A DNA stretch of 63,547 bases, counting the filler, from an uncultured Acidimicrobiia bacterium (GTDB taxonomy: Bacteria; Actinomycetota; Acidimicrobiia; Spongiisociales; JAOTWH01): NCBI GenBank assembly GCA_964347285.1. It is 3 parts of 3 records of this genome, joined end to end, with 100 filler letters (N's around TTAATTAATTAA, not from the genome) between each part and the next. Parts side by side here need not be neighbours in the genome. Positions count along the whole stretch, not along the records: positions 48,447 to 63,547 come from CAYFYE010000061.1; 2 more parts are not named here. One strand, given 5' to 3'. The notes under the pieces are model-generated. The model worked only from the letters and a program-made list of their open reading frames with translations. It did no database searches and had not been told where the DNA came from. A program made the translations under genes and the position numbers. Position 1 is the first letter of the stretch. Each line of letters opens with the position of its first letter. Below are positions 51,474 to 60,406 of this stretch, piece by piece.

Positions 51474-53444
51474 CTAGTACTCGAGTTTCACTATGCGCCG
51501 CATCCAGGCGGCGCCGACGACCATCAGCAGTCCCCCGGCTCCCAACAGGACCTTGCCGAAGCCGGTGCCGGTGAGTTCAGAGATGTAGTCGGGATTGCTG
51601 ATCGAAATGAAGCCGGCGGCCAAGAACGGGAGAGCGATCAGGATGATGGCCGACAACCGGCCCTCGGCGCTCAGGGCCAGGATCTTCCGTCGGATCTGGT
51701 TGCGGTCGCGGATGGTGGTGGCGACCCGTTCCAGGACCTCGGCGACATCGCCGCCTACTTGACGGTTGATCTCCATGGCTTCGACGACCCACTCGAAGTC
51801 CTTGCTGTTGACTCGGGCGGCCGCCGCCTTGAGCGCTTCGTCGAGGTCCCGTCCCAGGTTGACCTCGGCCACGATTCGCCGGAACTCGTCGGCCGATGGG
51901 GAGGGGGCCTCTTGGGCGACCGCGTCGATGGCCTGAGTAAGTCCATACCCGGCCCGAACGCTTCCGGTGATCAGCTGGAGGCTGTCCGGCAGCTGTTCGG
52001 CAAACGCAGCCTGACGCCGGGCGGCCCGTAGCGCGAGCACGACCGGAAATGCCGATACTGACGCTGCGGTGAGAGCGGCCCCGAAAAGGGGTCCGGCCAG
52101 GGCGTGGCCGACGGCGAAGGCGATGACGCCGGCGCTCACGGCCAGCACCAAGAACTCTCCCGAGCGCACCAGGATCCCGGCACGCTCGAGCGTCGCCGCC
52201 AAACCGCGGGCTCGGCCCTGTCGCTCGAGGGCCACTTCGGCGAAGAGCACGGCCCGGTCGGTGATTCCGCTGAGTTTGCCCTTGCGTCCCTCCCTGAGCA
52301 TCTTGCGTTCAGCCCTGCTGAGGAGATGGACCCTCCGTTCCGAGGCCTGGGCCAGCAGTATCAAGGTGACCAGTGCCACGAATACGAGTGCGGCACCGAG
52401 GTACAGGGACCATCCGCCGCCGAGGAGGCCGACCCGGAGGGATTGCGGTTGCGGTTCCGCAACGGGAAGAGGCTCCGGGGCCGGAGTCGGGGCCGGCAAA
52501 GGGGCGGGGATGGGCTCGGGCGCCGGGGCCGGTTCCGGTGCGGGAGGTGCCGCGGGCAGCTCGATGGTCTGGACCACCTCGGCGAGGGCTCCTGCCGAGG
52601 ACACGGAGAGGAAGAGCCGGGTCGTGTCGAAGGCTTGCGATGTGTAGGTGAGCACGTACTGGTTGACCAGCCCGGAAGCTATCTGGTCGAAGATGCCGGC
52701 CAGCGCGTCGGGATCGTTGGCGGAGACGACTTCGCCGGCCGTGGCCGACGCCAGCCGATCGAGGGCCGCAAAGTCGCTCTCGTAGGTCTCGAGCGCCACC
52801 GCATAGAAGTCCGTCCGGCCGTCCAAAACGGCGATGATCGCCTCCTCCAGGGTGCTCTGGCTGACCGTGTCGCCTCCATCGGAAAGAAGGATGAGGGATC
52901 GGCGCGCCGACTGTTCGAGATCGAACAGACCGGCGGCCGCGCTGAGTCCGTCGTAGAGGGCGGTCTCACCGGCCGCCACCAGTGATCCGATCGCCGCCCT
53001 GACCACTTCCCGGTCGGCCGAGAACCCGCTCACGACGGTGGCCTCGTCGCCGAATCCGACCACCGCGATGCTCACCCCTTCCGGCATCTGTTCGACGAAC
53101 GAGAGCGCCGCCGACCTCTCGGCGCTGAGTGCCTCGCCCGCCATGCTGCCCGAGGTGTCCAGCACGAGCACCACCTCGAGACCCTCGTTGGGAATGCGGG
53201 CGACCTGGGCATCTTGCGCTAGTCCGTTCTCGGCCAGGTGGAATGCCTCGGGAGGGAGGTCGGTGCCGACGAACGGTCGGGGAACGCTCACCGTGACCGA
53301 AACGATGGGATGCCCGGCCGTATCGACAGACTCGATCCGCAGCGGGGCCGCGGCCCCGCCCTCCTGGGCGGAGGCGAACGGAGGTGGGGGGGCGACCGCG
53401 AGGGTGATGGCCAGCAGGGCGGCCACGAGAATGTCGGACTTCAC
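51474..53444 (-). CDS. tadB: Signal peptide-VWA-TadB fusion protein
   Basis: Signal peptide, LDTSGSM/GETALYD/LLSDG MIDAS residues, Pro-rich linker, transmembrane helices, QLPDSLQLI..RAGY..SAEGRLS. Confidence 0.88.
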   Translation of the reverse strand: MKSDILVAALLAITLAVAPPPPFASAQEGGAAAPLRIESVDTAGHPIVSVTVSVPRPFVGTDLPPEAFHLAENGLAQDAQVARIPNEGLEVVLVLDTSGSMAGEALSAERSAALSFVEQMPEGVSIAVVGFGDEATVVSGFSADREVVRAAIGSLVAAGETALYDGLSAAAGLFDLEQSARRSLILLSDGGDTVSQSTLEEAIIAVLDGRTDFYAVALETYESDFAALDRLASATAGEVVSANDPDALAGIFDQIASGLVNQYVLTYTSQAFDTTRLFLSVSSAGALAEVVQTIELPAAPPAPEPAPAPEPIPAPLPAPTPAPEPLPVAEPQPQSLRVGLLGGGWSLYLGAALVFVALVTLILLAQASERRVHLLSRAERKMLREGRKGKLSGITDRAVLFAEVALERQGRARGLAATLERAGILVRSGEFLVLAVSAGVIAFAVGHALAGPLFGAALTAASVSAFPVVLALRAARRQAAFAEQLPDSLQLITGSVRAGYGLTQAIDAVAQEAPSPSADEFRRIVAEVNLGRDLDEALKAAAARVNSKDFEWVVEAMEINRQVGGDVAEVLERVATTIRDRNQIRRKILALSAEGRLSAIILIALPFLAAGFISISNPDYISELTGTGFGKVLLGAGGLLMVVGAAWMRRIVKLEY

Positions 53445-54829
53445 CGGGTGCCTTTCGTTCGGGTTCTGCCGACCAGCTCCGGCCGGCCGAAGATGCCCTG
53501 GGGCAGTTCGATTCCGAGTTCACTGAGGTGCTTGCTGAACTGAGGCCTGATGCCGGTCGGTCGGATCGTTCCCTTGAAGCGGCCGGCCTCGTCGACTCCG
53601 GCCCCGTAGTCGAATTCGAAGATCGTCTGCAGGGTGACCACGTCGCCTTCCATGCCGACGACTTCCTCGATGCTGGTGATCCGCCGGGAGCCGTCCCGGA
53701 GCCGGCTGAGGTGGATGATGGCGTCCAGAGCAGAGGAGACCTGCTCGCGGATCGCCCGCACCGGCAGGTCCATCCCGGCCATGAGGACCATCGTTTCCAG
53801 TCGGGATAGGGCATCGCGCGGCGAGTTGGCGTGCACCGTGGAAAGGGACCCTTCGTGTCCGGTGTTCATCGCCTGGAGCATGTCGAGGGCCTCGGCGCCT
53901 CGCACCTCGCCCACCACGATGCGGTCGGGGCGCATCCGCAGGCTGTTGCGCACCAGGTCGCGAATCTTGACCTCGCCCCTGTCTTCCAGATTGGGGGGGC
54001 GGCTCTCCAGCCGCACGACGTGGAACTGATGCAGCTGCAGTTCGACGGCGTCCTCGATGGTGACGATCCGCTGGTCCTCGGGGATGAACCCGGAGAGGAC
54101 GTTGAGCAGTGTGGTCTTTCCTGAACCGGTTCCACCGCTGATCAACAGGTTGAGGCGTCCCTCGACGCACGCCACGAGGAGCTCGGTCACCTGCTCGGAC
54201 AGCGTGCCCATGGCGATGAGGTCGTCGACCTGGAACGGCTCCTTGGAGAACTTGCGAATCGTCAGCATGGGCCCGTCGACGGCGAGGGGCGGGATGACGG
54301 CGTTGACCCGCGAACCGTCGGGGAGCCGGGCATCCACCATCGGCGACGATTCGTCGATGCGCCGACCGACCTGGGCCACGATCCGCTCGATGACCCGCCG
54401 CAGGTGATTCGGCGATCCGAAGCGGATGTCGGTGAGGTGAAGCTTTCCGTCACGCTCGATGAAGATCGAATGCTCGGCGTTCACCATGATCTCGGTGACC
54501 GTGGGGTCGGCGAGGAATTGCTGTATCGGTCCATATCCCAGGATGTCCTCGCTGATGGCGCCGACCAGCTTGCCGACCTCTTCCTTCGAGAGCGGGGCGC
54601 CTTCGCTCTGCACGATCTCCTCGAGCTCGTTTTGCACGAACACGTCGAGTTGCTGTTTGCTGATGCTCGAGTCGTAGAGACGGGCTCCCAGCTTGACGAA
54701 CAGTGCCTCCTTGGCCCGCTGCTTGAGAGTGGCCAGCGGGTCGCCATTCCCCCGGGCCCGCAGCGGTGGCTGACCCGATGCATCCAGCTCGGCGTCTTCG
54801 ACTTGGCGCAGCCGGTCACTCAGTTTCAT
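53441..54829 (-). CDS. cpaF: Tad motor ATPase TadA/CpaF
   Basis: DARLPDGSR, GGTGSGKTT, IEDAVEL, LRMRPDRIVVGEVRG, MNTGHEGS. Confidence 0.96.
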   Translation of the reverse strand: MKLSDRLRQVEDAELDASGQPPLRARGNGDPLATLKQRAKEALFVKLGARLYDSSISKQQLDVFVQNELEEIVQSEGAPLSKEEVGKLVGAISEDILGYGPIQQFLADPTVTEIMVNAEHSIFIERDGKLHLTDIRFGSPNHLRRVIERIVAQVGRRIDESSPMVDARLPDGSRVNAVIPPLAVDGPMLTIRKFSKEPFQVDDLIAMGTLSEQVTELLVACVEGRLNLLISGGTGSGKTTLLNVLSGFIPEDQRIVTIEDAVELQLHQFHVVRLESRPPNLEDRGEVKIRDLVRNSLRMRPDRIVVGEVRGAEALDMLQAMNTGHEGSLSTVHANSPRDALSRLETMVLMAGMDLPVRAIREQVSSALDAIIHLSRLRDGSRRITSIEEVVGMEGDVVTLQTIFEFDYGAGVDEAGRFKGTIRPTGIRPQFSKHLSELGIELPQGIFGRPELVGRTRTKGTR

Positions 54830-56019
54830 CTGCTCTTGATCCTTCCTAGCAAGCCCGTCGGTTGGGCCGGCACTTCGGCAAACACGTCGACTAGATCCCG
54901 CAGTGCCCGCGCCGGGGGCGCCTTGGGGGCCGTCTCCATCAGCGGAACCCCCTGGTTCATCGAGAGCGGGAGCAGCCTCGAGCTGGGGATCTTGTGGTGG
55001 ATACTCGTGCCCAGAGTGGCGGTCGCCTCGGCAGCCTCGAGACCGACTCGGGCATCGGCTCGGTTGAGGATGTAATGCCTTGCTGGTGCCGTCATATCCA
55101 GGCGGTCGAGGGCATCAACGATCTTGCGCAGGCCCCGCACGCTGGCAACCGACAGGTCGCAGACCAACAGCAGATCGGTGGAGCACTCGAGGGCGGAGAG
55201 GGTGTGTTCGCCGATCCCGGCCGAGGTGTCGACGATGACAAAGGCGAACTCGTCGGCCAGCAGCCGGAGGGCCGCCTGGACCTGCCCCTCGGTGACTCGT
55301 TCACCTTCGGCAGGAGTATCGGGAGCGCACAAGACGAACAGGCGCTCCTTGCGGCGACCGAGAAAGACCTTGAGGGTGGCCGCATCGAGGCTTCCCTTGG
55401 TGGAGGCGACGTCGGCGATGCTGTGCTGCGGGGTGAGAGCCAGCGCCGTGGTGATGTCTCCGAACTGGAGGTCGAGGTCTACGAGCACCACCTCCCCGGG
55501 CCGGGCCTCGGCCAGGCCTACTGCCAGGTTGGTGGCGATGGCCGTCTTACCGGCGCCGCCCTTGGGGGAGACAACGGTGATCACCCTCCCGTGCGGGCCG
55601 CCCGGACCGGCGTCTCCGATGAGGTTGTTGCGCCTCGTGCGGGCCGTTTCGATGGCCCGATCGAACTCCTTGCGCAGCTCGTGGTCGGTCGCCTCTGGGG
55701 AGATGATCGCCCGCACCCCGGCACCCAATGCTTGCTGCCACAAGTCGGGACTCGGTTCGGCGGTGAGGATGAGGCTGATCTCGGGTCGGTGTTGATCGAG
55801 ATGGCTGGCCAAGCGGAGCGCGTCTTCGATCGGGATGTCGGGACCGAGCACGACCAGCTCGGGTTGGCTGTTGGACAGCTCGGCCACGGCCCGGTCGGGC
55901 TCGACGATGAGCTGCTGGTCGCGCCATCGGGTCAGTTCGCCGTTGAGACTGCCGTCGAAGACGCGCCGTACTCGCTGCTCGAAGCCCAGGTTGGCGGTGG
56001 CGAGGATGATTCGGCTCAT
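54826..56019 (-). CDS. cpaE: CpaE/TadZ (atypical receiver domain plus MinD-like ATPase)
   Basis: Receiver-like N-terminus, SPKGGAGKT, VDLDLQFGD. Confidence 0.9.
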   Translation of the reverse strand: MSRIILATANLGFEQRVRRVFDGSLNGELTRWRDQQLIVEPDRAVAELSNSQPELVVLGPDIPIEDALRLASHLDQHRPEISLILTAEPSPDLWQQALGAGVRAIISPEATDHELRKEFDRAIETARTRRNNLIGDAGPGGPHGRVITVVSPKGGAGKTAIATNLAVGLAEARPGEVVLVDLDLQFGDITTALALTPQHSIADVASTKGSLDAATLKVFLGRRKERLFVLCAPDTPAEGERVTEGQVQAALRLLADEFAFVIVDTSAGIGEHTLSALECSTDLLLVCDLSVASVRGLRKIVDALDRLDMTAPARHYILNRADARVGLEAAEATATLGTSIHHKIPSSRLLPLSMNQGVPLMETAPKAPPARALRDLVDVFAEVPAQPTGLLGRIKSR

Positions 56020-56837
56020 CGGTAGATCGTCCCTCTGGTCTGGATCTGGGTGCCTTCCTCAGAGGCGGTCTCGGACTGCCGGGCCAGCCAGACGGAGCCG
56101 TGCTCGGCGGTGAAGACGATCTTCTCCACCTGGGGAGCGTCGGCGGCCAGCGTGATGAGGAGGTTCCCGGTCGGGGCCAGATCCAGCCCTGATTCCTGGG
56201 CACTCTCGGCGTCGGTGTTGCTGGGGAGGCGCTCCACCTGCACGTTGGTGACGAGCAGTTTGTGGAGGATGATGTGGGTGGAATTGGAGGTCCGGGTGTT
56301 CTGGGAGCCGGCCCCTTCCTCGCCGGTCGGTTCCTGAGCGGCGAACTCCGGGCTTTCGCCGAGGCCATCCTCGACGGTGAACGGATCGAAAGAGGCCACG
56401 AAGGCCACCGTGTCGCCCGGCACTATCTGGCCCCCGATGGCCCGGTGCGGGGCCAGGGAGATGGTCACCTCCAGGAGGCCCTCGGGCACCTGGACGGCAC
56501 CGAGTGCGGCGAAATCGTCCTGGGTGATGAACCTGCTCGCCAGCAGCTGCTCGCCGGGGACGAGGTCGACGGCGGCCACCATGCCCTCCAGCTGATCGAT
56601 GCTGGCGACTGCCCCGTCGGCCCGCACCTTGGCCGGCACCAACTCGGGCTTGATCCGACCGGCCAGGGTTTCTGCCGACTCACCGGTGGCGACCGGGTCG
56701 TCGACGACGAGCACCTCCACCCTTTCCTCGTCGGCGAGGGCCCGTTGCTCGGCATTGCGCACGTACGACACCAAGACGAAGGTCCCCGCGGCGGCCAATC
56801 CGATGGCCACGATCAGACCGAATAGCTTGCGATTCAT
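56016..56837 (-). CDS. cpaB: CpaB/RcpC (SAF domain) pilus assembly protein
   Basis: N-terminal transmembrane helix, SAF-like region, GGQIVPGD.V. Confidence 0.87.
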   Translation of the reverse strand: MNRKLFGLIVAIGLAAAGTFVLVSYVRNAEQRALADEERVEVLVVDDPVATGESAETLAGRIKPELVPAKVRADGAVASIDQLEGMVAAVDLVPGEQLLASRFITQDDFAALGAVQVPEGLLEVTISLAPHRAIGGQIVPGDTVAFVASFDPFTVEDGLGESPEFAAQEPTGEEGAGSQNTRTSNSTHIILHKLLVTNVQVERLPSNTDAESAQESGLDLAPTGNLLITLAADAPQVEKIVFTAEHGSVWLARQSETASEEGTQIQTRGTIYR

Positions 56838-56850
56838 CAGCCTTCCTCTC

Positions 56851-57954
56851 CTAACCAGTGAGCTTCACTACCAATACGCCCCGGTATTCGCCGCCCGGCA
56901 GGATGTCGCCGGTCGTGTCGAGCGTCACCGTGGGGTAACCCTGAATGCAGCGGACGTCGCCCTTGCAGGGCGGCTCATCGGTGAGCCACTCCTTGTACTG
57001 GCCGCCGAAGTTGTAACCGGTCACGTAGAGGGCCAGCGGCTCGGTCATGAGGTACTGACCGTTGGCCCCGAGCCCTTGGGTGTCGGTGAACACCGGGATG
57101 GTCACGACGGTGCCGAGGATGCCCTGGAGCTGGCTCGGCCCGCAGCCGGATGAGGGCGAGGCGCCGGGATCTTCCCCGTACCAGCCTTCGTGGTCGGTTT
57201 CGGCGTAGCAGTCTCCGTCGGTGTCGAGCCACCCGAAGCCCCCGGAGAGGCGTCCGTCTCCGTCCGTGTCCTGGCCCGCTTCGGCGCTGCAGTCTTCGGT
57301 CGCCTTGCCGTCGTGGAAGGTGGCCGTGATGGAGTTGGCGTTTGTTCCCGGAGGGTCGTAGAGGTGGAACCAGTCCAAGTGATCCATCACGCCGTCTCCG
57401 TTTTGGTCTTCGGCGGGGGGCTCGTTCAGGTCCAGAATCGGCGTCCCGTCGGCGCGGTACCCGACGACGAACGGCCCGACGAACTTGTCCCACTCGCACT
57501 TGGAGATGGTGAGGGGGATGTCTCCCGATCCGGCGGGGACGCCCCAAGCGGCGCTGGCTTCGGCGCGTACGGTGCTCCCTTCGAACCCGATCACCTGGGC
57601 GAAGAACGGCCGAAAGATGGTGCCGCCGTCGGAGGTTTCGGTGGCCGTCTCGACCCTGACGGTCTGGGCCGCCAGATCGAGGTCGAGCTCGTCGATAGCG
57701 GCGGCGCCGTCGATGCCGTTGGCGTCGGCGTACTGATCGGCCGTGGCCTCGGCGGTGGTCGTGTCGCACGGAAGACCCCGGCCGCAGTTCTCGGCAATGG
57801 CGAGTGCGGCGGCGTCGGCACCGTTCTGCAACTCGCGCCGCTCCTCGTAGAGGGCTCCGACGTCCACGGCGAAGGCCACCATGCCGATGAGGACGACGAG
57901 GACGATGGCGACCAGCACGAGAGAGAATCCCTTCTCGTTCTTCAGCCGGAACAT
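56851..57954 (-). CDS. TadG-like pseudopilin / tip protein
   Basis: EKG|FSLVLV prepilin-like start, AVDVG..LQNGADAAALA. Confidence 0.82.
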   Translation of the reverse strand: MFRLKNEKGFSLVLVAIVLVVLIGMVAFAVDVGALYEERRELQNGADAAALAIAENCGRGLPCDTTTAEATADQYADANGIDGAAAIDELDLDLAAQTVRVETATETSDGGTIFRPFFAQVIGFEGSTVRAEASAAWGVPAGSGDIPLTISKCEWDKFVGPFVVGYRADGTPILDLNEPPAEDQNGDGVMDHLDWFHLYDPPGTNANSITATFHDGKATEDCSAEAGQDTDGDGRLSGGFGWLDTDGDCYAETDHEGWYGEDPGASPSSGCGPSQLQGILGTVVTIPVFTDTQGLGANGQYLMTEPLALYVTGYNFGGQYKEWLTDEPPCKGDVRCIQGYPTVTLDTTGDILPGGEYRGVLVVKLTG

Positions 57955-58319
57955 CGCATGACTCCTTTTCCGTTGAGGGTGATCGTGTGAGAGCCGAGGA
58001 ACGGGATGTCGTAGCTGAAGGGGTACGAGACCGTGAGCTCGGTGGGCTGGCCCGGGTCACAGGGGGTGTTGGTGACCGTGATCTGAGCAGGATCGAGCGA
58101 GGTGGCCGCCGCCTTGGCGGTGTCGCTGGCGGCGGCCGGGTCGTTGCTCAGGGCCAGCACCCGGACGCCCTCCCGAGCGGCATGAGTGACGGTCACTTGT
58201 GCGTTGTAGGCCCGGCCGAACTCGACCAGGCCGAAAACCAAAAGGACGAGGACGGGCAGCACGAGGGCCGCTTCGACGAGGGTGGCGCCCCTCTCTCGGG
58301 ATGTGACCGTCCGGATCAT
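57942..58319 (-). CDS. tadE: TadE-like minor pilin
   Basis: ERG|ATLVEAALVLP..AAREGVR. Confidence 0.9.
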   Translation of the reverse strand: MIRTVTSRERGATLVEAALVLPVLVLLVFGLVEFGRAYNAQVTVTHAAREGVRVLALSNDPAAASDTAKAAATSLDPAQITVTNTPCDPGQPTELTVSYPFSYDIPFLGSHTITLNGKGVMRCSG

Positions 58320-58501
58320 GAGACCGCGTCCACGAGCGTCTTCGACGTGAAGAAGTCCCGAACCGAGATCCCGAGGGCGCTGATCAGCAGGATCGACACC
58401 AGGGCGATCGCTGCGATGACGATGGCGTATTCCACGATCGTTGCTCCTCGATCTTTCTCATCTGGGGCAAAGGACTGTGTGGTAGAGAACTGCTGGCTCA
58501 C
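58316..58501 (-). CDS. flp: Flp pilin 2
   Basis: DRG|ATIVEYAIVIAAIA (G-X4-EY Flp motif). Confidence 0.82.
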   Translation of the reverse strand: MSQQFSTTQSFAPDEKDRGATIVEYAIVIAAIALVSILLISALGISVRDFFTSKTLVDAVS

Positions 58502-58532
58502 GTGCGCTCACTTCCATGGTCCAGCCGGCGGG

Positions 58533-58571
58533 AGGGAAGCGGCCTCCCCAACGGAGGCCGCCGCCTTCCCT
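58533..58571 (-). terminator. Stem-loop after the major pilin gene
   Basis: AGGGAAG-CGGCCTCC / GGAGGCCG..CTTCCCT bulged inverted repeat between the two flp genes. Confidence 0.5.
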
Positions 58572-58592
58572 GGGCAGTGCGGTTTGCGGCGC

Positions 58593-58787
58593 TTAGGGAG
58601 TACCGCCGGCGCCGCCGATTGCACCGGCTACCTGGTTGAACTTGCTTGAGACGTTGCCCCCGAGGAGGGTGACGGCCGCAATGGCTACAACGGCGATGAG
58701 CGCGACCATCAGGCCGTACTCGACCATCGTGGCACCCCGGTCGCTGCGGAGATACGCCTCCACCTTTGTCCAGGCTCGCACGAGCAT
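58593..58787 (-). CDS. flp: Flp major pilin
   Basis: DRG|ATMVEYGLMVALIAVV..LG..V..KF; GAAGGAAGGA ribosome-binding site. Confidence 0.93.
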   Translation of the reverse strand: MLVRAWTKVEAYLRSDRGATMVEYGLMVALIAVVAIAAVTLLGGNVSSKFNQVAGAIGGAGGTP

Positions 58788-58869
58788 GCGCTGTCCTTCC
58801 TTCGTGTCTTCGCCCGACCGCGTATCGGTCGAGCTCCTGAGGGCTAACTTTGCGCAACAAGGGCCGCCT

Positions 58870-58892
58870 GTCATCCCCAAGATTGGGGAAAC
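58870..58892. promoter_or_regulatory. Palindromic box 1, upstream of flp
   Basis: GTCATCCCCAAGATTGGGGAAAC (TCCCCAA-GA-TTGGGGA, 7-2-7 inverted repeat). Confidence 0.65.
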
Positions 58893-58895
58893 CGC

Positions 58896-59585
58896 TCAGC
58901 CGTTGAACCACCCGGCCTCGTGGGCCAGTGCCACCGCAGCCAGCTGGGAGGAGACGCCCAGCTTGGTGAGGACGGACCGGATCTGGGAACGCACCGTCGA
59001 CAGCGAGACGTAGTGCTCTGCGGCGATAACCGACGCCGACTGGCCCCGGCTCAGGGCACGGAGTACCTCCCGCTCTTTGCGGGTGAGGTGCTCGAACCGG
59101 GCGAAGCGGGCCCGCACGGAGGCGCGGTGGAGCTGGAGGTCTCTCAGGAGTTGGTGGCGGTCCTGGCCGGGAAAGGGCCGGCCGCCCGATGTCGCGGTGA
59201 TGATGGCCTCCCACAAGATCGGAAAGCTCTCCTCCTTGGGGACCACGCCGGCCGCGCCCAGCTCCACGCATTCGGCGATCCGGAGGCGGTCGCCGGTGCC
59301 GGTGAGAACGAGGACGATGGCGCCGGTATCCGTCAGTGGCTCGATGAGAGCGCTGCCGTCGCCGAGAGGGCCCAGATCGAGGTCGAGGAGCACCAGGTTG
59401 GGCCGAAACCGTTCCGCGGCGTCGAGAATGCCCGACAGTGATGGGCCGGAGGTGAACTCGGCCGTCACCCCCTCCTCGCGCAGCGACCGGACGAGCATCA
59501 ACCCGAGCAGTTCGTGGTCTTCGACGACCATGACCCGCATGGGAACAGCCGCCGTCGCGGCTTCACCGGTCCCTCGGTTGCCCAT
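58896..59585 (-). CDS. NarL/LuxR-family response regulator 1
   Basis: VVEDH, LLDLDLG, LTG, PK; LTRKEREVL..TVRSQIRSVLTKLGV helix-turn-helix. Confidence 0.92.
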   Translation of the reverse strand: MGNRGTGEAATAAVPMRVMVVEDHELLGLMLVRSLREEGVTAEFTSGPSLSGILDAAERFRPNLVLLDLDLGPLGDGSALIEPLTDTGAIVLVLTGTGDRLRIAECVELGAAGVVPKEESFPILWEAIITATSGGRPFPGQDRHQLLRDLQLHRASVRARFARFEHLTRKEREVLRALSRGQSASVIAAEHYVSLSTVRSQIRSVLTKLGVSSQLAAVALAHEAGWFNG

Positions 59586-59667
59586 CGCGCCCGTTGCCCC
59601 TATCCAGGGTCCGCTTCAGCCGGACCCAAAGCATCTGGGGGCGAGCATGATCGGAAGACGGGAGCGA

Positions 59668-59690
59668 GTCATCATCAAGATTGATGATTC
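59668..59690. promoter_or_regulatory. Palindromic box 2, upstream of regulator 1
   Basis: GTCATCATCAAGATTGATGATTC (ATCATCAA-GA-TTGATGAT). Confidence 0.65.
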
Positions 59691-59698
59691 TTGGCCCT

Positions 59699-60406
59699 CT
59701 AGTGGATGGACCAGCCTGCCTCGTGGGCCATGGCCACTGCGTCGAGCTGGGACCCTGCTCCGAGCTTGGTCAGAACCGACCGAATCTGAGTCCGGACCGT
59801 CGCCAGCGAGGTGCAGGACTCGGCCGCGATCGCGGCGGCACGCTGGCCGCGTCTCAGCGCGTCGAGCACCTCTCGTTCCCTCCGAGTCAGGCGGCTGAAT
59901 CTGGCGAGCCGACGATGTTCGATCTCGCGACGGAGCCGCAGCTCGCGGAGGAATGTATGGCGCTCCTCCGGTGCCATCAGCTCCTCGCCGGCGGCGGCGG
60001 CCAGCACCGCTCGGTGCAGTTCCTCGAAGTCCTTCCCCTTGCTGATGATGGCCTCGGCTCCGGCCTCCAGGGCGGCGGCCAACAGAAGGCGGTCGGTGCA
60101 GCCGGTGAGCATCAGCACCCGGGCACCCATGTCGATGAACCGGCCGATCAGAGGGAGCGAGTCCCCGACGGACTCGCCCAGATCGAGGTCGAGCAGGATC
60201 AGAGTCGGGCTCAGCCGCTCGGCCACCTGGAGGATCTCATCGAGCGTCTGGCCGGCAACGAGGTCGGCCTGTAGCTCTCGGGCCTGCAAGGCGTCGACGA
60301 GGATGCGCCCCAGCAACGCGTGATCCTCGACGATGCCGATACGCAGCCCAGAATCCCCAGATCTGGGGATGACAGCGGGGGAGGCCGTCTGGCTCAATCC
60401 GTCCAT
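59699..60406 (-). CDS. NarL/LuxR-family response regulator 2 (paralogue of regulator 1)
   Basis: IVEDH, LLDLDLG, LTG, SK; LTRREREVL..TVRTQIRSVLTKLG; GGAG 8 nt before ATG 60406. Confidence 0.9.
   Translation of the reverse strand: MDGLSQTASPAVIPRSGDSGLRIGIVEDHALLGRILVDALQARELQADLVAGQTLDEILQVAERLSPTLILLDLDLGESVGDSLPLIGRFIDMGARVLMLTGCTDRLLLAAALEAGAEAIISKGKDFEELHRAVLAAAAGEELMAPEERHTFLRELRLRREIEHRRLARFSRLTRREREVLDALRRGQRAAAIAAESCTSLATVRTQIRSVLTKLGAGSQLDAVAMAHEAGWSIH
60351..60373. promoter_or_regulatory. Palindromic box 3, inverted orientation
   Basis: GAATCCCCAGATCTGGGGATGAC; reverse complement GTCATCCCCAGATCTGGGGATTC aligns with boxes 1 and 2. Confidence 0.55.
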
